From positions 1 to 24,974 of IMG/VR virus record IMGVR_UViG_3300012942_000128: DNA of 24,974 bases; one strand, given 5' to 3'. The position numbers and the translations under genes were made by a program. Position 1 is the first letter of the stretch, and each line of letters starts with the position of its first letter. Under the pieces are notes generated by a model that saw nothing but the letters and a program-made list of their open reading frames with translations, ran no database searches and was not told where the DNA came from. Shown piece after piece: positions 14,809 to 24,219 of the stretch. Source of the stretch: a virus (Duplodnaviria > Caudoviricetes).

Positions 14809-14914
14809 CGTCGTTTCCTTTCTCGTCCATCCCGTACCGGTCACACTCAGACAGCCCGTCGATCCCGTTACGGGCCAACCAGCGGCGGTACTCGTTATCC
14901 GTTGCGTCGGCCAT
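14798..14914 (-). CDS. 38-aa peptide
   Basis: TGATG overlap with the ASCH gene; MADATDNEYRRWLARNGIDG... Confidence 0.45.
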   Translation of the reverse strand: MADATDNEYRRWLARNGIDGLSECDRYGMDEKGNDDDE

Positions 14915-15318
14915 CACACGCTCACGTACGCGGATCCGGCACGAATCACGTCCAACTCGACGTCCTCAGGCAGGTCACGCAGACCCAACGACCCGGACCA
15001 CGGCAGCGGGTGGATCGGTCGCGGGTTCGCGAACACCAGATGCTTCAACCCCGGCTGCGCCCACTGCGACACGGAATCGTCCACCACGTCGATCAGGTCG
15101 ACCACACCGATGATCAGACCCGTGTCCGTGCGCACATGATCCGGCACATCGAACCCCGTCGTCGCCAACACCTGCCCGGCGCCCGGCTCGTCGAACCGGC
15201 GCCCCGCGTGAATCGCGACCGGACCCCGATAGGTGGACGTCCAGGACCGGTTCTCGACATCCTTCCCAGCGAAGATGATCGCCCACGCCCACGGCTGCCG
15301 CACCGTCAACACCTTCAC
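14914..15318 (-). CDS. ASCH domain protein
   Basis: MKVLTVRQPWAWAIIFAGKDVENRSW...YRGPVAIHAG (GxKxxExR). Confidence 0.93.
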   Translation of the reverse strand: MKVLTVRQPWAWAIIFAGKDVENRSWTSTYRGPVAIHAGRRFDEPGAGQVLATTGFDVPDHVRTDTGLIIGVVDLIDVVDDSVSQWAQPGLKHLVFANPRPIHPLPWSGSLGLRDLPEDVELDVIRAGSAYVSV

Positions 15319-15950
15319 AGCAGCCCCTCCTCTCGGAGCTTCGCTTCAGCGAGCGTCACCCGCTGGAACGTGGCCGCGTCACCGCCGACGTCCGGGTGCG
15401 TCTCGCGCTGTGCGCGGCGAAGCGCACGCGTCGGCGCACCGCTGATCACCCTCATCTCTGCGAGCCCGAGACCGAGGAACTCACCGAGGAACGCGAGCGC
15501 CTCGTCCGTCGTGGCGAACCCTGCCGGTGCTGCGGTTGCTTCGATCGCCAGGAACCCCCGGTACTGCTCACCACGCTTGGTCACGCCGTACCGGTCGACC
15601 TTCCGCAACGCTTCGAGCGCGAGAGCGATCGCCCGCACGTTGTCCTGCCACGTCATGAACGTGTCGCACGGATACGACAGCGGCCCATGCTTCGAATCCA
15701 AGGTCAAGATCACGCCCGGATGCTCCGCTTTCGCTGTCGCGCGTGGGCGCCCGTCGAGACGGAACTGCGACGCCGGGATCGCGACCTGCAGTCGCATGTT
15801 CTTCCCGCCGAGGTACCAGACCTCACGGTCCAGCAGTTGCAGCGTCGTGCCCCAGGTGGCCGAGAAGTTCGACCGCTGCCGACTCCTGGTGAGCGTGCCC
15901 GGCCATTGGCCGATCGGGTCGACCGTCAAACGGTCCGGCCAGTCGTTCAT
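15315..15950 (-). CDS. Phage protein with C-terminal J-domain-like HPD motif
   Basis: HPGVIL...YPCDTF..WQDNVRAIALALEALR; C-terminal THPDVGGDAATFQRV. Confidence 0.8.
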   Translation of the reverse strand: MNDWPDRLTVDPIGQWPGTLTRSRQRSNFSATWGTTLQLLDREVWYLGGKNMRLQVAIPASQFRLDGRPRATAKAEHPGVILTLDSKHGPLSYPCDTFMTWQDNVRAIALALEALRKVDRYGVTKRGEQYRGFLAIEATAAPAGFATTDEALAFLGEFLGLGLAEMRVISGAPTRALRRAQRETHPDVGGDAATFQRVTLAEAKLREEGLL

Positions 15951-16339
15951 GCTGCTTGTCCTTTCGCGACTGCATCAGCCGCCTCACGCCGCTCACGCGC
16001 CTCCAAGGCTGCGATCGCGATCTCCAACTGCCTGCCGGGCGCAATCACCGGCGGCGACTTCTTCAGACGCCTCTGCGGTTTCGGCACCGACAACGACCGA
16101 CCAACGGCTTCCCCACCCGTCGCCCGCCGTTCCCGCAGATCGAACTCGAGACGCCCCAACTGGTCCGGTGGCAGCTTCGGCTGCGCCCGCAACCACTCAT
16201 GCCCATCGCTCCACGACGCGAACAGGCCTTCGTCGCACCGTGCCCGGTACGCGTCACCCAGCGTCTGATTCCATTCCTCCTGATCGAGGAGGATGCGCCT
16301 GGTTCGTTCGACGTCGAGCACCGTCACCGTGTCGTTCAT
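15947..16339 (-). CDS. Hypothetical protein
   Basis: ATGA overlaps at both ends. Confidence 0.6.
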   Translation of the reverse strand: MNDTVTVLDVERTRRILLDQEEWNQTLGDAYRARCDEGLFASWSDGHEWLRAQPKLPPDQLGRLEFDLRERRATGGEAVGRSLSVPKPQRRLKKSPPVIAPGRQLEIAIAALEARERREAADAVAKGQAA

Positions 16340-16536
16340 GACGGCTCGCCGATCAGATCAGGACGCGCCAACGCGGCCGCGTGGCGGTTCGCGTAGTCGA
16401 GCGCGTCCTGCCACGAGTCCAAGTGCACGCTCCCGTACAGCGGACGCCCTTGCGGCAGCGACGGATGCGACACCCGCCACGCCAACTCGCCCGTCCGCGG
16501 AAACACCCGGCGGCGTATCACCCAACGCTCCAACAT
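16336..16536 (-). CDS. Hypothetical protein (66 aa)
   Basis: GGAGG RBS, TGATG and ATGA overlaps; SWQDALDYA. Confidence 0.6.
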   Translation of the reverse strand: MLERWVIRRRVFPRTGELAWRVSHPSLPQGRPLYGSVHLDSWQDALDYANRHAAALARPDLIGEPS

Positions 16537-17255
16537 CAGACAGCCTCCTCATCGATGTGCTTCTGGATCTCCGCCCACGACGACCGGATCGACGTGAGCA
16601 CGTACGCTTGCGGTTTCTCGACCTTCTCGACGGCGCGCGACAGGATGTCCGCGACGATGACCATCGCCTGAGCGTCGGTCACGTCACGACCGGACGCCCT
16701 CACGACCGCGGCCTTCACACGGCCGAAGTCCGTGATGCCAAGACCGGCCAACGCGGCGCTACGTGCTCGGATGATTCCTTCGTCCTCGTCTGTCACCGCC
16801 ATCTGCGGGACTGAAGGTGTCTCTGTATCGGTTGTTAAGGGAATGGGTATGGGGGTAACCGGAGTCACGGCGGATGTCACGCGTGACGTCACGCCCGGAG
16901 TCACCCCGTGACTTCCCTTCTCGCGTTCCCGCTGACGCTGCTTGCGTAGACGCCACCGCTCCCGCTCGGCCTCCTTCAACGCCTTCTCCTTCTCCGCGTC
17001 GAAGTTGCCGGCCTGCGCCGCCCAATCGTGGAATCGGTAACCACCGCCCACCGCCTCCCAGAGGCCGACGGTCACCAGCCTCCGCGCCGACGTGCGGCCA
17101 CCGAGCGGCCCCACCATCTCGTCCGGCACGAAACCGCCCTGCGTGTGCGCTTTGCACCACGCACCCGCACGCGTCCACATACCCACAGCCGCGTTCCCAG
17201 CCGCGACGATCTTCGGATGGAACGCCATCTGGTCATCGACAGGGAAATACACCAT
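16536..17255 (-). CDS. Putative replication initiator protein
   Basis: MVYFPVDDQMAFHPK...G.W...GFVP...LVTVGLW...GYRFHDW, basic helix, then a repeat linker; layout typical of temperate-phage initiators. Confidence 0.75.
   Translation of the reverse strand: MVYFPVDDQMAFHPKIVAAGNAAVGMWTRAGAWCKAHTQGGFVPDEMVGPLGGRTSARRLVTVGLWEAVGGGYRFHDWAAQAGNFDAEKEKALKEAERERWRLRKQRQREREKGSHGVTPGVTSRVTSAVTPVTPIPIPLTTDTETPSVPQMAVTDEDEGIIRARSAALAGLGITDFGRVKAAVVRASGRDVTDAQAMVIVADILSRAVEKVEKPQAYVLTSIRSSWAEIQKHIDEEAV
16855..16912. repeat. Iteron-like GTCAC repeats, candidate replication origin
   Basis: GTCAC at 16864, 16876, 16888, 16900 (12-bp period), inverted GTGAC at 16883 and 16908, GTAAC at 16855. Confidence 0.6.
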
Positions 17256-17695
17256 CAGGCGGCCCATCCCATCGCTGTCATGCGTCTACGCGCGTCGGAC
17301 TCCGGGATCTCGGTCACGCTGCCGTCGTTTCCGTACAACACCCACGCGAGATGCAGTACCCCGTACACGTCGCGCATCCACCGGCGTGCAGGCCACTCGG
17401 CAGGGTCGCCGTAGCCGGGCACGGCCCAGCCCTCCGCGACCGCCTCTTTCGGATGCGACGACTTCCAGCCGTGACATCCGGTCGTGCCCGTACCGCCGAG
17501 GATCTGCAGATTCGACACCACGGTCAGGCCACCCACGGAACGGTCCTTGCGATGGTCTCGGGATGTGGCACCCCACCCGCAGTTGCGGCGGCACTTCTGG
17601 CAGGTGTCGTTGTCGCGGAGCGTCGCGAGCTCGTACGCATCCGTCTCCTCCGCTTTCGACGGCTTCGGCGTGGTTTCGTACTTCGGCCGGATCAT
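17255..17695 (-). CDS. HNH-family protein
   Basis: RDNDTCQKC...DHRKDRSVGG...SNLQILGGTGTTGCHGW; ATGA overlap with the C5 MTase gene. Confidence 0.8.
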   Translation of the reverse strand: MIRPKYETTPKPSKAEETDAYELATLRDNDTCQKCRRNCGWGATSRDHRKDRSVGGLTVVSNLQILGGTGTTGCHGWKSSHPKEAVAEGWAVPGYGDPAEWPARRWMRDVYGVLHLAWVLYGNDGSVTEIPESDARRRMTAMGWAA

Positions 17696-19314
17696 GATGC
17701 AACTCCCAGGCTCTCGACGGCTGCCGCGACGAGGTCGCGTGCTGCAGGCGGCGTGACGGCATTTCCGGCCGCTTTCACGAGGTCGCGTTTCGACACGTGC
17801 TTGATCCCCGACGGCTGCCACACGTAGTCGGTGGGGAACGCCATCCCGGCGGCGACCTCGTGTGGTTCGAACATGCGGAACAGGACGTCCGGGAGCATGT
17901 CGCGCGCCGCCTTCAGGTCCGCGGCGGTCGCTTCGCCGGGGCGGCGCATCACGGAGACGTTGCCGCCTGTCGTGAGCGTGCGCAGGTACTCGTCGGCGAG
18001 CGTCGTCATCTCAGCGCCGCCACCGTTGTGCCGGGTGATCAGTGCATGCGATGCACCGTCCGCGACGATCGTGTGTAGCGGGTCGGCGTCCGGGTCGATG
18101 TTGCGGTCCGCGCGCTCCCGGAACTGCGTCACGAGCGCGTGATGATTCCCGCCGGCCATGAACGTTCCCGCAGGCTCCGTCACGGGGCGTGCCGTGCTCG
18201 TGCCGTACAGTTCCGCGATGAACGCGAGCCCGGTCTCGTTCCGGGTCGTCTGCGCGCGCGCCGGGACGTCGACCGGCTGGGCGACCTTCCCGTCACGGCC
18301 CTCGACCGGCACGGCGAGTGCTTTCGAGTTCGTCGTGTGCAACGCCCGGAGCGGCTCGCCGACGGGCCACGTCCGGTAGTAGCCAGCGATGTCGCCGTGC
18401 GCCGGATGACGCGGGTCGGCGGCGTCGTAGGTGTTTCCGGCCGCCTCGAGCGTCAACGGCCCCCAGTAGCGCGCGATGCCCGCCGCGATCCGGTCGAGTG
18501 TCTTCTCTGCGAGCGGCTTGTCACGGTCGCCGATGCGCTGCCCGGCCAGGGACCAGTCGATCGCGGCGGCCGCCGGCAGCCAGCCCGGTTCGACGACCTG
18601 CCCGCACCTGGCGCAGCAGTACACGTAGGACTGCCTGTACCGGCCGACCGTGCGTCCGGCCTTGAATGACTGCACGGACTCACCGACGACGTCGCAGCGT
18701 GGGCAGTACGCGCGCGGCCGCAACACACGATCCATGTCCGGCGCCCGGTAACCTTCGGGCCAGCACACGATGTAGATGCGATCCCGCGACTGCGGTGCCG
18801 GCGCGCCGAACGTCTGCGCGTGCATGCTGTTGAGGCTGACGACCCGGAACGCGTAGCCGAGCGCTCGCAACTCCTGCCGCCACACCGTCCACGCCGTCCG
18901 GTATTTCGCCTGCGTGGCAATGTCGACGACGTTCTCGATGATCACGAGCCGGTACCGGTGGTAGTCGATGAACTTCAGACAGTCGAACATCAGCAGACGG
19001 GACCGCTGCTTCACGTCATCCGACAGCGGATCCTCGAACAGGCCCTCCTCGATCGCAGGTAGGTTCGACCCGTTCGCTTGCGACCACTTCGTGCATTCTG
19101 GGCTCATCCAAGCCATGTCCGTGCGGGGAAAGAACGACGGCCGTTCCTGGTGCAGGTCCACGATCGCGTGATCCGTGTTCTGGTGGTTCGCATTGTGAAT
19201 CGCGATCGCGGTATCCCAGTGGTTCGCGGCCACCTTCACCGTGACGTTCGGCACTTGGATCGCGCCCGAGCTCGACCCGCCGGCTCCGCAGAAGAAGTCA
19301 GTCAGCGTGATCAT
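17692..19314 (-). CDS. DNA (cytosine-5)-methyltransferase
   Basis: Motif I DFFCGAGG, IV SPEC, VI IENV, VIII QSRDRIY, IX RMFEPHE, X GNAVTP; ATG 19314 overlaps the upstream stop. Confidence 0.95.
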   Translation of the reverse strand: MITLTDFFCGAGGSSSGAIQVPNVTVKVAANHWDTAIAIHNANHQNTDHAIVDLHQERPSFFPRTDMAWMSPECTKWSQANGSNLPAIEEGLFEDPLSDDVKQRSRLLMFDCLKFIDYHRYRLVIIENVVDIATQAKYRTAWTVWRQELRALGYAFRVVSLNSMHAQTFGAPAPQSRDRIYIVCWPEGYRAPDMDRVLRPRAYCPRCDVVGESVQSFKAGRTVGRYRQSYVYCCARCGQVVEPGWLPAAAAIDWSLAGQRIGDRDKPLAEKTLDRIAAGIARYWGPLTLEAAGNTYDAADPRHPAHGDIAGYYRTWPVGEPLRALHTTNSKALAVPVEGRDGKVAQPVDVPARAQTTRNETGLAFIAELYGTSTARPVTEPAGTFMAGGNHHALVTQFRERADRNIDPDADPLHTIVADGASHALITRHNGGGAEMTTLADEYLRTLTTGGNVSVMRRPGEATAADLKAARDMLPDVLFRMFEPHEVAAGMAFPTDYVWQPSGIKHVSKRDLVKAAGNAVTPPAARDLVAAAVESLGVAS

Positions 19315-21944
19315 GCTGCACCGTCCATGTCGAGGAGGTCGAACAGGGTGGGGGTGTTCGCTTCGTTGTCGTGCCTGGTGAGGTAGACGACCGAGTCGGC
19401 GACGCTCACTGGGTTCAGTTCGGACCCGAACCCGCGACGTCCTTGCCGGACGGCTTCGAGGACCGTGGACCCGAGCCCGGAGAACGGGTCGCCGACAAGC
19501 TCGCCCGGATTGGAGTACATGGTGATCAGGCGGCGGGGAATATCGAGCGGGAACGGGCAGATGTGCGCCTCGACCTCGCGCCGGCGCTGCTCCGAGTTGA
19601 GAGTGTCGATGCGGAGCACGTCCGTCCACACGTCGGTGCGCGCGGATCCGGGCACGAGAGACGCGAACGTGCCGGGCAGGGCGTTCTTCGTGGCGAGCCG
19701 GTCGGCGAGTGCGACGTGCGCGTCGTAGTCGTACACGGTGCGCACGGTTTGCGCGGTGAACAGTTTCGAGCGGGTGCCGACGTCCAGCTGCGCGAGCTCG
19801 TCACCGGTCAACAGGCGGTCGCCGCCGGTGCGCCAGTCCGCGGCCGCGTCGATCTGCCACCTGCCGACCGAGTAGTCCGCCTTCTGCTTCTGCACGGGGG
19901 TATCGGCGTAGCCTCGGGACCGATTCGTCTGCGGCTTGTGGAACAGAAGCACGTATTCGGGTGAGCCGACACCCATCTTCGAGTGGTCCTTCGCCATCTC
20001 CGAGTACGACAGCCGGTACGTCTGGTTGTTCTCGCGGACGACGTCGGTGGTGACGGTGATCATGCCGAAGTAGTCGAACCCGTGACCGGTGTAGTGCGCG
20101 ATCGCTTCGGCGTGCATGGTGTCGAACGTGTAGACGCCGGTGCCGGTGACGGACCCGTAGAGCGGGAAGTCCTTCACATGCACCGCGAGGATCCGGCCGG
20201 GCATCAGCGCCCGGTGAAGCGACGGCGTCAGGTAGTCCATCTGCCACCAGAACTGGGCGTTGTTGTCGACGTGGCCGAAGTCCGCGTAGTTCGGCGAGTA
20301 CTCGTACTTGCCGCCGAACGGGATCGAGGTGACGATCAGCCCGAACGATGACTCTTCGACGTGCTGCCACTCCAGGACGGAATCGTTGAGCACGATGGTC
20401 CACGCGTCGCCGGTGAAGACCTCCCGCTTCACGCCCATAGCGCGGGCGAGCTCGGCGGACACGGCCGTCGCGTTCAGTCCGAACTCGCGGAGGATGTCGC
20501 TCATCGTGTCGGTGAGCGCGTCGTCCTCTCGCCACTTCGTAAGCAGGTTGTCGCGGACGTCGGTCTCGGTCTCGCCGTACAGCAGGTGCACGGTGCAGGG
20601 GCTCACCTGGCCGAAGCGGTGGATGCGGTGGATGGCCTGCACGGTCTGCTCGTATTTGTGCGTGACGCCGACGAACACGGCCGTGGAGCACTGCTGCAGG
20701 TTCAGACCACGGCCGAGCATCATCGGCTTCCCGATCAGCGCGTACGTGTCGCCGGCAAGCCAGCGGCGCAGCTCCTCCTCAACCTCGGCATCGGACTGGG
20801 CGCCGCGGATCGAGGAGAACGAGGCGACGTCGCGCATTGCGCCCTCCAGCGCGTCCTGTTCGTCGTTCAGGTCGCACCAGAGAATGATCTGCTGCACGCG
20901 AGCACCGGCACGTTGCGTGTCGAAGTGCTCGCGCACGATGGTCATGGTGTGGTCGATGCGCGCCTTGAGCGTGTGGCGCTTCTCGCGGGAGGACTCGACG
21001 GCTGACTTCGAGCCGCCGCGGACGAGGACGCCTTGCCCGTCGCGTTCCATCTGGTCGGACAGCAGCCCGACCTCGACCTCGTCCCAGATCACTTCGAGGG
21101 GCGGCAGCGCGTAGCCGTCGTCGGAGTAGCCGAGATCGGAGGGCCGCTGGATGAAGCACGCCCACGTGTTCAGCCACAGCATGAACTCGCGCACCTTGTG
21201 CGGGTGGATCTTGAGGTTGCCCGCTTTGGACGAGTCCCGCTTGAAGAACCGGGTGAGCGCCTGACCGGTGTCCATGATGCCCAGGAACCCGGCGTAGTGG
21301 ATGAGCTCCTTGTGCCGGTTCGGTGCCGGCGTCGCGGTCGCGACGAACCGGAACGGGACGTCGGCGAACATGGGCAGGAACTTCTGGTAGGTCTCTGACC
21401 CGAACGAGCGCAGCACGGCGGCCTCGTCGAGCGACACGGCGACGAAATGGCCGGGGTTGATCTTGCCGTCGCGCACGGACTCGTAGTTCGTGACGTAGAT
21501 GCCCGACCAGTCCGTCTCGATCTCGGCCGTCGACCGGATGAACCGAGCCTCTATGCCGAGCAGAGTGCGGGCGTCTTTGATGATGTCGAAACGGACGCCG
21601 AGCGGTGCAACGATGAGCGCCTTTCGAACATCGACGGTTCCGAGTGCACCGCGGCGGCCGTCCGGCCCGTGCTCGATGATCAGGCGCAGGATCTCCAGCT
21701 GCATGACGGACTTGCCGAGCCCGTAGCGGGCGAAGATCGCGCGACGGCCGCCGGCGACAGCCCACTTCACGATGTCGCGTTGGTGCGGTTTGAACTGCGG
21801 GTGTCCGGGCTGGAAGATCGGCGACAGGTCCGCGTCCGCGACCTTGAATCCGAACGCACGGTCGAACGCGACCTTCTCGCGCAGGAAGTCCTCGTACGTG
21901 AGCGTGCCATCGTTGCCGGTGTTCAGCGTCAGCAGCGCGGTCAC
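19311..21944 (-). CDS. SNF2-like helicase fused to an amino (N4-C/N6-A) DNA methyltransferase
   Basis: YGLGKS, LDEA, TATP, GLNLQ, QAIHRIHRFGQ; then IVTSIPF, HICPFPLD, DPFSGLGST (catalytic motif before SAM motif, beta-class order). Confidence 0.92.
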   Translation of the reverse strand: MTALLTLNTGNDGTLTYEDFLREKVAFDRAFGFKVADADLSPIFQPGHPQFKPHQRDIVKWAVAGGRRAIFARYGLGKSVMQLEILRLIIEHGPDGRRGALGTVDVRKALIVAPLGVRFDIIKDARTLLGIEARFIRSTAEIETDWSGIYVTNYESVRDGKINPGHFVAVSLDEAAVLRSFGSETYQKFLPMFADVPFRFVATATPAPNRHKELIHYAGFLGIMDTGQALTRFFKRDSSKAGNLKIHPHKVREFMLWLNTWACFIQRPSDLGYSDDGYALPPLEVIWDEVEVGLLSDQMERDGQGVLVRGGSKSAVESSREKRHTLKARIDHTMTIVREHFDTQRAGARVQQIILWCDLNDEQDALEGAMRDVASFSSIRGAQSDAEVEEELRRWLAGDTYALIGKPMMLGRGLNLQQCSTAVFVGVTHKYEQTVQAIHRIHRFGQVSPCTVHLLYGETETDVRDNLLTKWREDDALTDTMSDILREFGLNATAVSAELARAMGVKREVFTGDAWTIVLNDSVLEWQHVEESSFGLIVTSIPFGGKYEYSPNYADFGHVDNNAQFWWQMDYLTPSLHRALMPGRILAVHVKDFPLYGSVTGTGVYTFDTMHAEAIAHYTGHGFDYFGMITVTTDVVRENNQTYRLSYSEMAKDHSKMGVGSPEYVLLFHKPQTNRSRGYADTPVQKQKADYSVGRWQIDAAADWRTGGDRLLTGDELAQLDVGTRSKLFTAQTVRTVYDYDAHVALADRLATKNALPGTFASLVPGSARTDVWTDVLRIDTLNSEQRRREVEAHICPFPLDIPRRLITMYSNPGELVGDPFSGLGSTVLEAVRQGRRGFGSELNPVSVADSVVYLTRHDNEANTPTLFDLLDMDGAA

Positions 21945-22405
21945 TCGGTCACCTCGGTGATGGTCACGACGTGCATGCGTCGGTACTGGGCGTCAGCGCG
22001 GCATCGTCGGCAGTGCCGCCTACCCTGATGCTCATACGTGTTCTCGGGCGTGAACTCGTGACCGCGCTTGCAGTGCGTCTGACGGTGGGTAGCTCTCCAG
22101 TGGGTGCCGTGGTTGACCTGATCGCGGATGTTTTCGGATCGCGTTCCCCACCGAAGATTCGACGCCGCGTTGTTGGTCTTGTCGCCGTCGAGATGCCTGA
22201 CCTCTTGATCGATCTTGGGAGTTCCGCAGAACGCTTCTGCGACGAGCCTGTGAACGTACCGATGTGCACCATGGACGCCCACGGAAAGGTATCCGTGTCC
22301 GTTGTCCGTTGGGCGCAGGATGAGGCCGTGCGGACCTCGTATGCGACCTTGGTCACTTACCTCGTATCCGGATGAGTCGGCGATGCGCGCCCACGTCTCA
22401 GTCAT
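21941..22405 (-). CDS. NUMOD4-HNH endonuclease with C-terminal Cys/His domain
   Basis: ETWARI...YEVSDQGRIR; HRLVAEAF; RHLDGDKTNNAASNLRW; THCKRGHEF...CRRC. Confidence 0.9.
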   Translation of the reverse strand: MTETWARIADSSGYEVSDQGRIRGPHGLILRPTDNGHGYLSVGVHGAHRYVHRLVAEAFCGTPKIDQEVRHLDGDKTNNAASNLRWGTRSENIRDQVNHGTHWRATHRQTHCKRGHEFTPENTYEHQGRRHCRRCRADAQYRRMHVVTITEVTE

Positions 22406-22859
22406 GGGAGCCCTCAATCGGAGTGATCGAAACGACGAAGTGCGGTCGGATGCCGCGGATGTACCGGATCGTGGCCCCCGGCTTGAGCATGTGGTCCGGG
22501 TCGTCGTCATCTACCAGGTGCGCACTCACACCCTTGTCTGCGCCGATGCCGTCGTAGATCGCTTTCAGGAACGGTGCGAGGTTGTCGGTGTCGCGGCGTC
22601 TGCGGTCGCCGACGAACCATTCGACGTCGACGCGGATCTTGTCGCGCACACCCAAGCGCAGGGCGCGAACGCGAACCATGACTTCTTGGCGAATATCCGC
22701 GACCGCGCCAGCCTTCACACGCCAATGCGTGCGGTCGTTCGCGGAGAGTCCCTTGGGCGGTTTCGGGTAGTCGAGGATGAACGTCCAGTCGCTCGTCGCA
22801 GCGGGGATCGTGGTGATCGTTTCGGTGACAGGGTTCGGTTGTGGAGAATTGACGAGCAC
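22398..22859 (-). CDS. rusA: RusA-like Holliday junction resolvase
   Basis: LSAN...RRRDTDNL...KAIYDGI...VDDD catalytic pattern. Confidence 0.85.
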   Translation of the reverse strand: MLVNSPQPNPVTETITTIPAATSDWTFILDYPKPPKGLSANDRTHWRVKAGAVADIRQEVMVRVRALRLGVRDKIRVDVEWFVGDRRRRDTDNLAPFLKAIYDGIGADKGVSAHLVDDDDPDHMLKPGATIRYIRGIRPHFVVSITPIEGSHD

Positions 22860-22896
22860 AGTCGTTCCTTCTTGACAGGTCGGTTCGGTGGTGTGA

Positions 22897-22931
22897 GGGG
22901 GATCAGCGGGCCGGAATCCTGCTGATCCCCC
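22897..22931. terminator. Intergenic 11-bp inverted repeat, possible terminator or processing hairpin
   Basis: GGGGGATCAGC-N13-GCTGATCCCCC just after the DUF2303 stop; no U tract. Confidence 0.5.
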
Positions 22932-22937
22932 GGCTTG

Positions 22938-23825
22938 TTACGGTCGCCCCATAAACACCGGCACGTCGCCGATGCCCTGGTGCACGACGGTCTCCGTCTT
23001 CGTGGCCGAGTCCTTGTCGGTGCGGCCTTCGCGGATCTCGGTGACGATGTCGGCGAACGCGGCCTCGAGGATGTTCTCGGGTCGTTGCAGCGCGTATCCG
23101 AGTCGGAGACCGTTCGATCCCATGCGGTATCGGAGGGACGCCCACACGGAGTAGATCGGGCCGCCGATGTACGGGCGCAGGCCGAGGCGGATCTCCTTGG
23201 GCAGCTTCACGTCGCCCTTGGTGCCCTTCTTCGCACCGACGGTCTCCGTGTACTGGAACTGGACCTCGCCGGAGTCGAGACGGACGGAGGATCCGAACTC
23301 CACGTTCTTCGTCGCCTCGAACTTCGTCGCCAACTCGATCAGCGTCGCGTGGTCCGGCTCGATCACGTCCAATGCCCGATCCTCGATGAACTCCGCGAAC
23401 TCCTGCTGATCCATCCACGACGCGGACACCTGGCCGAGGTCACGTGCGACCCACGCCTTCCACGCCTTGGTGTGTTCGAGCGACAGGGTGAGGCGGTGCT
23501 TCTGCCAGCCCGGGTCACCGTCGGTGCCGTTGTGCGAGTCGATCACCGCGACGACGGACGAGTTCGGGGTGTCGGCGTAGACCTCCGTGCCAGGCAGCCT
23601 GTGCCGGTTCACGTAGCCGACGAACGACACCGCATCCGTGACCGTGCGGTGCGCCGCCGTGTGGCGGGGTACCGCGAAGTAGTCGTCCGTATCGACGACA
23701 CGGATGCTGCCGTTCTCGTCGGCGACCGAATACACCTGCCCTGCAAGGAGTTCCACCGGCACGGCGGCCTGTCGTGCGATCTGGGCGACCGCCTCCGCCT
23801 CGGTCTCGATCGTGGTGTCGCTCAT
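22938..23825 (-). CDS. DUF2303 (YfdQ-like) family protein
   Basis: SFVGYVNRH, AVIDSH...PGWQKH, WKAW, MDQQEFAEFIED, FGSSVRLDSGEVQFQY, LRYR. Confidence 0.85.
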   Translation of the reverse strand: MSDTTIETEAEAVAQIARQAAVPVELLAGQVYSVADENGSIRVVDTDDYFAVPRHTAAHRTVTDAVSFVGYVNRHRLPGTEVYADTPNSSVVAVIDSHNGTDGDPGWQKHRLTLSLEHTKAWKAWVARDLGQVSASWMDQQEFAEFIEDRALDVIEPDHATLIELATKFEATKNVEFGSSVRLDSGEVQFQYTETVGAKKGTKGDVKLPKEIRLGLRPYIGGPIYSVWASLRYRMGSNGLRLGYALQRPENILEAAFADIVTEIREGRTDKDSATKTETVVHQGIGDVPVFMGRP

Positions 23826-24196
23826 GCGTTCGGTACCTCCTTGATCTCACCGGTCCGCGGATCGACGCCGCCGGCATCCCTGATGTCCTCGTCGAACAGC
23901 GGCATCGCGGTCGGGTCGGTGCGCTGCAGCCGGTTCCCGTCTCCGATGTACGCGATCGACCCTTCACGGTTCTTCTCCGGCAGCTTGGTCTGGATCTTGT
24001 CGTTGATCAGGACCGCCGTGTTGCCGCCATCGAGCGGCTTCACATCGAATCTCACGGTGAGCGTGCCGGCCTTCCCGGTCGTTTTCACCGCCTCGATCAG
24101 TCGCACGAGTCCCTCGGCGAGCTCGACATCGGTCCGGGGACGGATCGACGCGAGCACGGCCGCGAAACTGTCGCGCTCAGGCTTCTTCTCAGCCAT
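23822..24196 (-). CDS. Hypothetical protein of the type that precedes DUF2303
   Basis: AAGGA RBS; AVKTTGKAGTLTVRFDVKP...LQRTDP; ATGA overlap with DUF2303. Confidence 0.75.
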   Translation of the reverse strand: MAEKKPERDSFAAVLASIRPRTDVELAEGLVRLIEAVKTTGKAGTLTVRFDVKPLDGGNTAVLINDKIQTKLPEKNREGSIAYIGDGNRLQRTDPTAMPLFDEDIRDAGGVDPRTGEIKEVPNA

Positions 24197-24219
24197 CGGT
24201 TTCCTTTCTTTGGGGTGGT

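Noticed and set aside
14713-16341. 542-aa plus-strand ORF and other long plus-strand ORFs (3743-5239, 4470-5633, 7507-8592, 22935-24236)
   Set aside because: Antisense shadows of motif-bearing minus-strand genes, expected in GC-rich DNA; no recognisable motifs.
19315-19629. N-terminal extension of the C5 MTase in the ORF track
   Set aside because: It overlaps the helicase-MTase gene; motif I begins right after the coupled ATG at 19314.
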